Positions 47,775 through 59,700 are shown, counted from the stretch's first letter. The stretch is 64,000 nt of DNA from Macrostomum lignano (GCA_002269645.1 NIVC01003248.1:11161-75160), one strand, 5' to 3'. Numbers and translations: made by a program. The notes: generated from the letters alone by a model not told the origin.

Positions 47775-48345
47775 TAAATCTTCTCTAAATCGCGTGTTCC
47801 CCGTGCTCTGCGTGCTGGTGTCGTCTATCAACTCAACTGCTCTGTTGACCAGAGCGTCTCCTACGTGGGGAAAACTAAAAGACACCTACACACCAGAACC
47901 AGGGAGCACTGGCTCAAACCGTCTGCTATAACAAGATCACTTACTGCACTGTAGTAGCTGCTCTAACTGCAACCCAAACGAGCACTTTAAAATCATTGAC
48001 CAATGTCAGTCGGACTTCAAACTTAGAATTCTTGAGGCCATGCACATAAAAGCCCAGTCAACCAGCCTAAACACACAACTCCAACATAGTGGCGCGGGTC
48101 ACCCACCCCGTGTCTTTTGATGAGAGAGAGTACTGGGTGTACATTCTTTCCGCCCCGGACTTCACTCTGCCGTACGGACTAACTCATGTGTTCTCCAATA
48201 TCGATTTGTTCAATAATTTTTCTAATTTTTCTTGTTTACCTACAACCAACTCCACATATTTATTCGCAAAACCTGTTTAATTTCGTTGTTGAAAAAATAA
48301 ACCTGAAGATGCACCTAGGAGTGCGAAACGCGTCGTTACTTACAC
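47775..48345 (+). mobile_element. Penelope-like element 3' fragment (GIY-YIG endonuclease, frameshifted) plus pLTR
   Basis: GVVYQLNC...SYVGKTKRHLHTRTREH...SAI; then, after a frameshift, QDHLLHC...FKII...LRILEAMHIK...LNTQ. Confidence 0.88.
48300..48337 (+). ncRNA. Minimal type I hammerhead ribozyme, Penelope-associated
   Basis: AAC-CUGAAGA-U-GCAC(CUAGGA)GUGC-GAAA-CGCG-UC^GUU: conserved core, 4-bp helix II, palindromic helix III and 3-bp helix I. Confidence 0.75.
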
Positions 48346-49784
48346 TATGTTGATTTTCGGATTCATATTCTCTAATTATTATTTTACAATATTAAATTTG
48401 ACAATATGAAAATACCATCCATTATAACGTAATAACTGGTTAATAGTACATTAATACCCATGCTTTAAGGGCGTTAATAGGAAAATCAGAGGGCGCCTAC
48501 GGCGTCCTTGACATAGACATTATTCATTATTGTGCCATAGACATTTGTGTCCTTGACAAAGTGGGACAAAATTAGCTAATTTGCATTAGAGTAAGTTTGA
48601 AATAGACAATCGGGCGTTAAATGTCATTAACTGCCCGCTAATTTGCATTTAAAGTAAGTGTGACTCCTGCAAGCGGGCTTAAATGTAGTTTATGGCATTA
48701 AAAGGCAAGAATAAGTGCCCAGCGGGCACAAAGGACATGGTACAATAAGTATTTCGTGTTCTTTAATTGTCCATAGTTTATTCAATGTTTGCGCTAAAAT
48801 ATATTCAGTTGCCATAGACAACTGAATTATGTCTATGACAATGTCTTACGCGCTGTTTCTTTTACACTAAAAGGATTGAAGATTGAAGGAGTGAAGTGAA
48901 CTTTTCACTTGTAGTTTGTGGTCTACAAGCTTGTAGCTTATAATTTGTAACTCGTATGAGACGTAATTAAACGGGAAGTTTTTATTACCATGTGATCTGA
49001 ATGACTTAAATGCTGCAGTAACATGTACCTGGTCAGTGAAGTTCGCATAGAGCTAGATTGCCAAAATTTCGAGTAAAAATGCCTTTCCTCAGACTCAACA
49101 TTTAACTAACGAAACATTGACTCTTTTCAAATGTTTTTTTCTACTTTTTATATTGAAATGTAACATGTACGTCATTTTAATTTTGGATGCAGCTTGTAAT
49201 TTAGTCAGTAGGAAATGACGCACTGGAGGCAGTGCTTTTGTCAAGAAGGCATCAAATACAGCATATGGAGGTGAAGCCTGCTTGGTGCTCGGCTCGCAGT
49301 TTGCAGAGAGATGGGGCTTACGGGACTGCGATTTAGCCCAGCAACTCTGGCCTTCTGTGCTCTCCCAGCTTTGCTGAGTGGACGGAAGTTAAAGTTATGT
49401 GGCTTTCCAGCCTGGCAGAATGAGCATGCACCTGATACTAGCAGTGCTGAGTCCAACTCAATCCTGATTCGCTGTCGGTGGTTGAGCGGCCAGTAACTCC
49501 CCCTGAATAAACACTAATATAGCAGGCTCCTGCCGTGTGCACCCAGTGAGTTTCTCCCGCAGTTGTTAAAAGTTCCTATTTTGCAAGAAATCGATCGTGA
49601 AGAGCTGAGAATTCCAGCAAGAAAATAAAATCTTGTTCTCTGTGACTTGCCTGCGCAGTTGACAGCTGTCTCAGACCGAGCGCGTGAAGTCAATTACATA
49701 CAGTAGCTCGTATTGGTTGCATTAAAGCAGCAACAGCCACGCGATCGAGTAATAAAATTTCAGACAACTGTTCAGTTGATTGAA

Positions 49785-50705
49785 ATGCGCCACAGAAATG
49801 CCTTGTTTGCAGCCGCAGTGCTCAGCACATGCATTTGCCTGCTCCTGACCATCGGGGGAGGCGGCAACGGAGCAAAATTAATAAAGGGCGCGCAAAGTTC
49901 GACACATATGAACCCCGCAGGCAACCCATCAAGAAGAGACGCAAGCGGCACTAAAAATGCAAGCTTAAAGGCGCAAGCACGCGCATCCAATATCATCAAA
50001 ATCTTGCACCAGAGCTGGAAGACCCGCCAGCTGCCGGCCAGAGCTGTGCGATGGAGCGCCAGCTGGAAGTCCTGCTTTCCCGACTGGGAGTGGCGCCTGT
50101 GGACCGACCAGGACAACCTGGCTCTGGTGCGAGACCATTACGCCTGGTTTCTGCCGGTCTACAACGGCCAGAGGTACAACATCGAGAGGGCCGACCTGGC
50201 CAGGTATTTTTATTTGTACCATTTTGGCGGCATCTACACAGATCTGGACACGGTGTGCATGAAAAACTTCGAGCACCTGCTTCACTTAGAGACTCTCGTG
50301 TTCGGCGCCATGGACACTCACCCAGGTGACTCAGTGCTTCCCGGACAGCTGGTGCAGAACTCCTTCATGGCCTCCCTGCGGCCGGGACACCCGTTCTGGA
50401 TGCGTCTTCTCAGAAGGATCGAGCGAAACTTCAATGCTGGAAAGAGAGGTCGGCCGGAGGACAACACGGGGCCCACGGTGCTCATGGAAGAGCTGCGGCT
50501 CTACGTGCGCAGCAACGCCTCCGACGTGAAGGTTTATCCCGGAAAGTACTTCAACCCATTCAGCTGGACGCTGAGGAACAGCAAAATCTGCAAGGACTTC
50601 GGCCAGATGTCCGACTCGGTTGAAAAGATCTGCATAAATTCCTTTCCCAAGGCATTCGTTGTACAGCTGCACACGCAGAGCTGGGGCCGGGGTCGCATGA
50701 GGTGA
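49785..50705 (+). CDS. Intronless GT32 glycosyltransferase (DXD; OCH1/SUR1/MIPC-synthase-like), type II membrane protein (306 aa)
   Basis: Signal anchor ALFAAAVLSTCICLLLTIG; ILHQSWKTRQLP, WEWRLWTDQD, RADLARYFYLYHFGGIYTDLD and NTGPTVL. Confidence 0.9.
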   Translation: MRHRNALFAAAVLSTCICLLLTIGGGGNGAKLIKGAQSSTHMNPAGNPSRRDASGTKNASLKAQARASNIIKILHQSWKTRQLPARAVRWSASWKSCFPDWEWRLWTDQDNLALVRDHYAWFLPVYNGQRYNIERADLARYFYLYHFGGIYTDLDTVCMKNFEHLLHLETLVFGAMDTHPGDSVLPGQLVQNSFMASLRPGHPFWMRLLRRIERNFNAGKRGRPEDNTGPTVLMEELRLYVRSNASDVKVYPGKYFNPFSWTLRNSKICKDFGQMSDSVEKICINSFPKAFVVQLHTQSWGRGRMR

Positions 50706-51512
50706 AAGCACTTTTGTTCTGACTTAATTTAGCATGGACTTCCCCGGATCCGCGAAGTAGTGAAGGCAAGTATAAATTCTACTACCGTCCCAAGAGTAGT
50801 CACTTATGAACCCATGGAGATCAGAGGCCAATAGCTCGCCGGTCGGTAGCAACAGATCCAGCATGAAACTGCATTTTTAGGAGCTGCGTCACTAGCAAAA
50901 ATGAATCAAATGAACATGAGATGCTCGGATGTTGCGCCACAAAAATTGAACCCGTATGAGCTAGCCTCGTCTCATTTTATGTCTCCCAGAGCAAAAAAAA
51001 TGTTGCTTTTAGGCGGCGCGGAAGAAGAAAAATATTGGGGGGGGGGGAGCACAAGAACAAGCTAATATTTTTGGATGGGGAAGCCGTTCTAGTACATTAT
51101 TTAGTCATTTTAATTAACTCCCTTTCCGCTGCTGCCCTATGTACAAATGCAGCATATTGGAGTAGGATTCTGCGCTCCTTGACCTCCTTGGCCTCCTGCG
51201 CCGTAATGCATTGAAAATTGTTGTGCGGTTTGATATTTAGACAAATGCACAGTTAATATTCTTGTTGTGGGTTTGTTCTTAAAACCACGTACATGAAAAG
51301 TACATGAAAATGTACTTTTGACGGATTCCTTTGCAGCAAATCTTTTATTTCTGATCCTGTCGGGCTTTTTAGTGCGGTAATCAATAAGATGCTCAATCGA
51401 TATACATGTGCTTAGTCACATCTTTGATCAAAACGTAGGACGTCTTGGGTCGCCCTAAAATCAAAGGAACTTAAGCTCAAGCTCACAAACTTAAGCTCAC
51501 AAAGTGGAGCCC

Positions 51513-51775
51513 GAGTAACCTATGTACACAACTGATTCGTCATTCTGCTCACAGTGACACCAGGAGGCTGGGTTCGGCAAAAAAACGAAAATTGGACTTG
51601 TAACTAGTTTAGGGATAGTTATGTCAACTCAAGCGCATAAAGTAGACTCCCTAATTACCCCTTGCTTATTGTTCTCCCCTATCCCAAGTCTGATTTTTGT
51701 TGCTTTTTTGCCGAGCCCAACTTCCTGGTGTCACTGTGAGCGGAATGGCATGTTATTTGTGTACATAGGTTACTC
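51513..51775. mobile_element. MITE with ~75-bp imperfect TIRs (GAGTAACCTATGTACACA...)
   Basis: 51513-51590 is the reverse complement of 51697-51775, with several mismatches. Confidence 0.75.
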
Positions 51776-52593
51776 AGGTTAATTAAAAGGTGGGGCAAGT
51801 AAGTCACAAATTTGTTTTAATAATTGGGTTGAAGACAAAAATGTTTATGGCTCAATTTTCTACTTATAGTAGGCACCTAAGAATGTTAACATATTTTGTA
51901 TTTAAAAAATCTCTTCCTCATATAAAACCGGCTATATAGCTTCTCTTCTCTTATTGGTTGAGACTAATTTACTTGTTTAAAAGGGCCAAAAATAGAGTAG
52001 GATTCGAAATGGATCTGTCACTCACTCACTGACAACAAGCAGTCAGGAACATAGATATACAAAATGGCAGGCACATATCCATATTTGGTCTGTCTCAAGG
52101 ACCACTAGGAACACTTCGTTATATAGTATAGTAGTCCTTGGGTCAACCATTGGGCCAACATGCCTGTGGCATGTCTCTTGGCGTGCAACCACTTCAACGC
52201 TGCAGCGTCAGTGCGCAGGCCTTGGTCTGTCTCTACAGCCAGTTCGCGATGGACAAGAGGCAATTGAGTGTTCTCAGTGCCTGAATTGACAGCACAGTGC
52301 ATGCGATAGTCGCATCCCAATCAATCAGTATGCTGCAATGAGAAATATCGGTGTGAGTTTTCTGACTTTGCAAGCAATGCAACGGATGGGCTCCTGCAGG
52401 TAACTTAGCAGTGTCTCAAGCTGCAGATGCTGCAGTGGTACAAGCTTCAAATGCTGGACCAGCGCCTGTGCCTGCTGAAAATCGAGAACCAGTGCATCTG
52501 ATTTCAACACTGGGAAATTTTTTTTACCAGTATCCAGGTTTCAATGACCGCCCCTCAGCCTTCCCCTCCCCCAGCCCTTTGAGCTTCTTACAG

Positions 52594-53110
52594 GTGCGGT
52601 ATGCAATCCACGGCAAAGACCTTCTGGTGCAGTACGTCCAGCGAGACCTTGGCCATCTGATGGAAACACGTACTATCGCTGCACTAAGCGTTTATCACTG
52701 CACTGTCATGGCTCAGCCGGGCTGATGGAACCATAGAAGCCCTTGCCCCGCACACATGCGATAGGCCAGCTCAGAAGAGAAAGGCAGCAAAGGAGGCAAA
52801 GGAGGGAGCGAAGCGCTTGCTGTTTACCTCTGCTAGAAATATCGCGGAGGAAAAGGTAAGGGAATTTTCCCCAGAAGTGCAGGAGGTATTGAGTCATTGA
52901 GTCTCAATGCCAATTACAGCGGCAAAACGCTCGCGCTTATGGAACCTGTTACCATACTGTACATGTATACATTTCCAAGTTGACCTGCCAAGACTTGAAA
53001 TGTACCTGCCCAGCTTCAATTGCAGGATGCGGCAGTTCCAGAGGCAAATAGGCGACACTTCATCGTCATGACAACAACTCAGCGAGAGTATTATCATCCC
53101 GAAGATGAGA
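52594..53110 (+). mobile_element. Mutator-like (MULE) remnant with a FLYWCH-type zinc-finger exon, disrupted
   Basis: DGNTYYRCTKRLSLHCHGSA, frameshift, ADGTIEALAPHTC; downstream LPSFNCRMRQFQR...IIIPK. Bounded by splice-like sites. Confidence 0.4.
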
Positions 53111-53400
53111 CAGCAGAGGCGAGATAAAAGAGTAGAGAGAGGAGAGAGAAAAGAGTAGAGAGATGAGATGAGAGATGAGAGAGAGGAGAGAAAAAATTGT
53201 AGAAATGGAGAGGAGGGATAAGAGAGTAGAGAGGAGAGATAACGACGTAGAGAGAAGATAGGAGAGGGAAGGGATAAAATTTTAGAAATGCAAAAGGAGA
53301 GAGCAGAGACGATAAATGAGATGAGAAAAGAAAGGAAAGAGGAAAGAGAAGGGAGAAAAGAGGAGATAGAAGAGAGGAGAGAAAGGAGAAGAGAGAGGTG
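53105..53400. repeat. GA-rich low-complexity tract
   Basis: Purine-rich run; a complementary CT-rich tract lies at 55230-55550. Confidence 0.85.
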
Positions 53401-53607
53401 AGAAGTCTCAAATGCATCAAATATTAATTTTCGAGCTAACACGAGTTCACTCCAATGTTGTTTACCTCCATCCTGACTATTAACAAGTTTTTGTTTGAGT
53501 AGAGATTTAAGAATGTATACGTATGCAAAATAGTTCCGGGCATTGGAGTTCAACGAGTTCAAAATCCGCAGGTAATTATAAACACTATGCGCTGATGGAT
53601 TTGAAAC

Positions 53608-53657
53608 CAGGGACAACTAAAACACTCGGGACGCGAATCATGTTTTAGTTGTCCCTG
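53608..53657. other. Perfect 17-bp hairpin with a 16-nt loop
   Basis: CAGGGACAACTAAAACA (53608-24) / TGTTTTAGTTGTCCCTG (53641-57). Confidence 0.9.
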
Positions 53658-53944
53658 TTTGAAGCCAGTATCCACGAGCTATGATACAAAAATTCAGACT
53701 TGCTAGTAAGGATCACCTAGTACATGTTGTAGAACCACTCTACTACAGTGGTCCTTGTTACTTGCTTTAGGTAGTACTACCTACAGTAAAGGGATTTAGG
53801 TAGTACTACCTACAGTAAAGGGAAGCGCTTTTATCTACTAATCTAATTTCATTAGAAAATCTGTCTCCAAGACTTGAAGGTTTATAACCCAACCCCAATC
53901 ACAGCCAATAGGAGACGATATATATACGAGTATACATGTAGGTG

Positions 53945-54797
53945 CTTGACTGGGTGCTGCGGAACTGCTCTCCCTTCTAACGACGACGGCTTCCTGCTGC
54001 AGCAACGCGTGGGTCGACGCCAACTGGAGAGGCGGCTTAGCGTGCTTGGCTAAGCCGACGATCTCGCCCTGCTGTCCTCGACCGTCGAGGGCGCCCAGCA
54101 CCAGCTGGACCGGCTCGTGAGCGTTGCGGCGAGCGTCGGTCTGGTGATCAACACACAGAAGACCGTCGTGCTCTGCGTGCCGGACGACATCGAGGCTGCA
54201 ATTTTCTGCCGAGGCGCCGATGGACAGGTTACGAAGCTTCCGTGCTGTCAGCAGTTACATGTCTGGTCTGGTGGTCTGGTGCCTGACGTTCGCGAGGATC
54301 TGCGACGTCGCCGTGGACTTGCCTGGGCTGCCTTTCGTTCCGTGAGGGCGGCGTTGTTCCAGGCGGTAATCGAGACCGTCCTGTTGTACAACGCCAAGAC
54401 CTGAACGCTGACGGATTCGCTCGAACAGCTGGTCTATCCGGTGCACGCTTGTCTGCTGCACGCACGTCACCAATGCGGCACTCCATCGCCGCAACGGCCT
54501 GTCCCGTCCCAGCGAACTGTTGCGCCGTCGGCGACTCCAGCTGGCAGCCCATTTCATCCAAGCCAAGTCGTACTGCCCGCAGCCGGTGCAGGAGGTGCTG
54601 CTGCTGCTGACACTGCAGACACCCTACCGGCGGGGACAGGCGCGCACTCGGCGTTTCATCGACTGCCCTGCTATCTGATGCCGGCGCCCCAGACACTGCT
54701 GGCGTGCGGTCTACGTTCGCGCCCAGTCCTTGAAACACGCTCTGTATAACGTCTGCTGACTGACTTTTTTGTATTTTGTTGTTGTTGTTGTTGTTGT
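53945..54797 (+). mobile_element. RTE-type non-LTR retrotransposon, 5'-truncated and degenerate, with a (TTG)n tail
   Basis: LG*ADDLALLSSTVEGAQHQLDRLVSVAASVGLVINTQKT (YADD Tyr mutated to TAA at 54051), GLAWAAF and FQAVIETVLLYNA; TTG repeats at 54775-54797. Confidence 0.88.
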
Positions 54798-55229
54798 AGT
54801 AGACCTACTAAAATTAGTTGTCTATATATCTGTGACAAGCTGTTGAAGCCCGCGAATTTTAAACCCGCTGAATTCTAATCCCCAAAATCATTTTTTGCAT
54901 GCACTCTAACATCTGAAGTTATACTCAAACAAAACGTGTTAGTTGGGACTTGGGGCGGATACCCGTACAAAACTTGGAGTACATAAATAGAAAGAATAGA
55001 ATCTAGTAGGACTCCGCAAACACTTACATGTACAACATCAGGCAGGACAGTGCAGTAGTCTAACTGAATAATTTTTGAAGAAAGGAAATGGAAATGAGAT
55101 AAATTTGTAGCTTTTGAGTAAAACAAGTAAGCGATAGTAACTGCTGCCCGCCCCCATCAGCTGGCAGAGCATGTGGCGCCCCTTGCCAGTAGGTATAGCG
55201 CCCCGTCTTTTCGGCTTGGTGCCGTTTCT

Positions 55230-55550
55230 CTCGTTTCTACTCTCCTCTCAATTCTTTCTCCTTTTCTCTCCTCCTCCTCTCTAATTTATCCTCCTCTCTC
55301 TCCTCTCTAATTTCTTCTCTCTTCTCTCTGCTCTCATCTCTCATCTCTCCTATCTTCTCTCTACTCCGTCCTCTCTCCTCTCTTCTCTCTCCTCTCCTCT
55401 GTTCTCATTTCTTAACTCATATCTCTCTCTTAACTCTTACTCTCTCCTCGATATCTTCCTTCTCCAGCTCTCTTCTCTTTACTTCCTCTCTTCTATCTCT
55501 CCTCTTTACTTTCTCTTCTCTCTCATCCGTCCTCTCCCGTCTTCTCTCTT
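55230..55550. repeat. CT-rich low-complexity tract
   Basis: Pyrimidine-rich run. Confidence 0.85.
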
Positions 55551-56724
55551 TTGTGTCAAATTTGAAGTGGTAATTAAAGACACAAAGTGGAGCAATGCTA
55601 TGGTGAATTTAATGAAAAATTGCACTCTTAAAAGCTTTTTGCCCTTTTAGGTAGGAAGACTTGAATCCATAGTCCATAGCGAACAAATTTGTACCCAGAC
55701 AGACAGACAGAGTTTTCATTTTATAGTTAGAGATAGATTTCAGAAAAAAAAACTTTAAGACCTATTCCTATATTCCATGTCTACAGCCCTTCAGATCGAG
55801 CTACAAAGAAATTTTTTTAGCATAATTCAAGCCACTAAAACACGTAAAGACAAGAAATCAACTAGCCGTACAGAAGGTTTTTTAAGCAAATATTGAACTT
55901 AAGATTTTTTATTAAGAGCCGTACACAGTAAAAAATTAAACTTTTTATTCTAAAACTTATATATAACTGTGTTAAAAATACTAAGAATAACATATTTTTT
56001 AAAATACGATTTACTGAGTTTTTCACTTTTCAGAATAATTCGTTCGCAACCCTGCGACGTCGCAAAATCGCAAATAAACCTGCAATTGCTTGCAGGTATG
56101 CAGTAGCAGCAGCAGTTTAGTTAAGAAACGGTATACTTGTTTTTCTAATTCCATTCTAGTTTAGGTGCTTATTTCCTTATTAATATTATAAAGCTTGAAT
56201 TTTAAAGAATTCCAACTAGCCACTAGCCAGGCAACAAATGAGCGAGTGGCGAGCTTAGTCAGATGTTGGATGAGCCTAGGCAGCCAAAATAAATATATTT
56301 TGTTTCTAATAAATAGGACGAGGCCATTATAGTATTTTAATTTTTTAAATGCTAGCTAATCATTTGCCAAATATTTTGCATTTGTTGCCTATAGGCGATA
56401 GTTACCTAGACATTCTAGTCTAAACCTATTTATTTAAAGTAGTAGTTCCAGTATTTTTTAATTAGAAAAATGCATAAATATATAATTTGCATTTCATCGT
56501 GTAGGTCTTCTTGATCGGTTTTCAAACAATAAGTTCGTGAAAGTTGGTCTTAGAGGGTTTGGTAGATCTAGGCTAGGGCCTAGTCTTCTTATTCACCTTA
56601 TATTTTGGCCATCTCTTTATTCTTATTAGGCATATTCTTCCTATTTTTGCCTTCTCTCAAACTCCTTATTCTCCCTTTCTAGGTCAGAACTCATCTGGGT
56701 TTTTTTGTGCGAATGGGTGCAAAT

Positions 56725-56895
56725 AGCATCCTGGTCTTAAAAATCGCACCCTGAAATTTGACTCAGGGTGCGAAAAGCGCACCCAAATTTTTGCAAGGAT
56801 GTGATGCGGGTTTTACAATTTGCAGTGCAGCACATCCTGGTCTTGAAAATCGCATCCTGAAATCTAGCACAGGGTGCGAAATTGCTCCCAAGTTA
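56725..56895. repeat. ~105-bp direct duplication, each unit with a CGCACCCTGA/TCAGGGTGCG hairpin (probable TE subterminal region)
   Basis: CATCCTGGTCTT..AAAATCGCA.CCTGAAAT...CAGGGTGCGAAA occurs twice. Confidence 0.65.
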
Positions 56896-56960
56896 TGGAC
56901 GAAAAAAACCTAGGAACTCAAAATAGGCTTATTTACTTTTTCCAAAAGGCTTAGCTTTTT

Positions 56961-57407
56961 GGTCACTGGTCAGATTGTCATATTCCATTTTGTCATATTG
57001 GATGACAAAGTGACCAGAACCAAAGTAGCTTGAAAAATAATATGATGAAGTGACCAAATATTTAGTTATGCTGGATACTTTGTCATCAACCAATCAATCT
57101 GTACATGATTTGAGTTAGTGTAAACTATTTTTTGTTTAATAACTATAAGCTGCGGCAAGCAGAACTGATCGATCGACAGGTTTTATCAATCAAGATGACA
57201 AAATGACTGGGATCATTAGGATTTCAAGTAAATATATTTAATTGCCACAATAATTCACTTAAAGTTGGAACTAATATGATTGGTAGATGATGAAATGACT
57301 CTCTTCAAGTAGTGCATGTTAATTAAGATGACGAAATGACCATAGTTAAGGTGAGCACCCCAGTCACCCAGATGACAAAATGGCAAATGACGAAATGACT
57401 AGGAACC
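56961..57407. mobile_element. Degenerate MITE with ~45-bp imperfect TIRs and internal ATGAC-AAATGAC repeats
   Basis: GGTCACTGGTCAGATTGTCATATTCCATTTTGTCAT versus the reverse complement of the right end, GGTTCCTAGTCATTTCGTCATTTGCCATTTTGTCAT. Confidence 0.55.
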
Positions 57408-58962
57408 AGCTTTTTACCTTGTTGCAACAATATTATTTTATAATAATTATAGGATACATATATATTGAAACGACAATTTATATGGGTTTTCCCATATTAT
57501 CGTTTCTGTCTACCAACAGTTCAGGAAAACAATGAACTATGGACATAGACTCGATGGTAACTTTCTCTGTGTAATCTCTAGAGTCATATTCTCAAACTTT
57601 AGGCGAGGATCTTTCCCCTTCAATCAGTATATTTTATAAGCTAATAGACTATATGCAAGCAAGGAGGAATAGGGGAAGAAATTAGAATCAGGTTTTTTGC
57701 CTAATTTTTTAAAATTCAAATTCCTACTAAACCAAAAAATGCATTTCTTGGTTTTTATGCAAATTTGAATTTGAAATAGTCTAATGAACAAAACTATACT
57801 TATGTCAAGTTACCAAATAAGTATGCCATAAGAAAGAAAAATTGCAAAATAAATTAAGAGCATTGCTTTCATGAATTAAAATATTCAATGCAATTAGTTT
57901 TATGAAGGCAGTGCTAATTCGACTGGCAGCTAGCCCTATTCCTACAATGTAAATTGTTTGAGGTAAAACAAAAGCTAAAAATAGGTAGTTAGTATTTAAT
58001 CGCATAACACTTGCCTTTCAATACTTTTAAAGATGCAAAATAACTCAGTAATTATTTGATTCTATTTTTGAGTCTTTGACAGTTGCATTTCTGTTAGTTG
58101 AATAAACATTGCCTTTCAACATTCCATTTATTTATTTTTGACAAATTACTCGCAATTTGCAAATGCATATGCTGCCACTTTAAGAGATATTATTGTGTAT
58201 ATGTGACAAGTGAAAAGCTTGGAAATGGATTTGAATGCTACAAAAACAAATTGAATGCTTCTATAATACATTTATAGCGCTTAAAAGATAGTTAAAATCA
58301 CTGTTGCCACTCAAAATCCAGAAAAGCCACAGAGTTCATGCATGCATGAAACATTTGCCAACACTTCTAGAAACTTTTAACAGATGCAGAAATAAATGTT
58401 AAATGCTTAATACATAGTTCACGCATTACTATACCAAACCAGAGTTGGTTGCTTTTTAATGGCTAAAAGTGTAAAAATGATTTCAACATGCCTACAATGC
58501 TTGAACACTCCAGTTCCCAGTTTAGAATTACTTGGGCAATGCATCATGCATTATTGCATAGCATAAAAGTTAAACTGCAATTTTTAGTAAACCTGAAACA
58601 ATTACAAGCTAACAAAAGAGTTACTGTGAGGGGTATTTTAATACCTTTTTTACAGACCAGACCAATTTTTATATATCTTGATGATGTCAATATTGGATTA
58701 GATGGTTTTGAAAGTTGTTTCATTTGAAAGAGCATAAAATTTTAGCCCATGTTATGAATTTTTGTGAAAATCTATGTAAGGGTTCAAGAGATTCATGGTC
58801 TGGAAAAAAAGGTTTTCAAATACCTAGCCCTGCCACAAGATCATCCTACTGTTTTACAAGAAGTTCAAAGATAGGGAATTTCAGTTTTTAGAAGATGTCA
58901 TATTGCCAATTGCTAGTTCTCACTTATCTTGACAATTAATAATTAATGCTAGATCTTAACAA

Positions 58963-59700
58963 TTAATGACTATCATCTTCAATAGAATAGAGGTCAAGAT
59001 CACAAAGCAGCTCTGCTCCCTTAATGTCTTCACTGGAAAGCATGTAGCGTGAGCAACTGGCACTTGAGTTCCACATTTGAAAGGCTACCTCAGGCTCAAA
59101 GTCAAATTCAGTGAAATTGGCTGCATTAAGATGCAAGTGCATAAGCAGATCTGTTGTTGGCATCAGAATGCAATTGTGAGTTGGCATTTTTAGTCTGGAA
59201 AGCAACGAGAAACCACACTCGACAGTTGCATTTTCTGTTGTAAATGTCAGCAAAATGCAAGTGAGACTCAAAAATAGTGGCCAGTCTGCAGAGCACCATG
59301 CTGCAATCAAGAGTAGAGTGCGCCATGTTGAAGTAGGACTACAGGAATTGAGAACTTTGAAGCAGTAGTTACTCCATTCACTTAATAGCTGTTTTTCACC
59401 ATGCAATACAACTTCAATGTCATTGATTAGATTGGCTTGAACCTCAGCTGCTTGCATTGCTATATGGCATGGCATTAGACAACAGAAGACAGTGTATAGG
59501 CACACAATTCTGTCTTGGCCATATGTAGCAAACTCTCTAGCAACAGTAGGCATACTGACATACACTCGGGGTCAAAGATTTGCATGCATGATAGCATACC
59601 ATTGTCCTCATTGGCAAGAAAATGCTGATCCAAATTCTCTACCAAAGATTTGATGAATGCAGACAAGTCAACAAAAAAGCTGCCACCAACAGATTGGCTA
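58963..59700 (-). mobile_element. hAT transposase remnant (C-terminal dimerization domain)
   Basis: WPLFLSLTCILLTFTTENATVECGFSLLSRLKMPTHN...DLLMHLHLN matches the hAT dimerization pattern (SAxVERGFS..K..RN.L). Upstream LVENLDQHF...IFDPE is in another frame. Confidence 0.75.

Noticed and set aside
52894-53616. Leu/Ser-rich hydrophobic ORFs (240 aa, 108 aa)
   Set aside because: They are translations of the GA/CT low-complexity tract.
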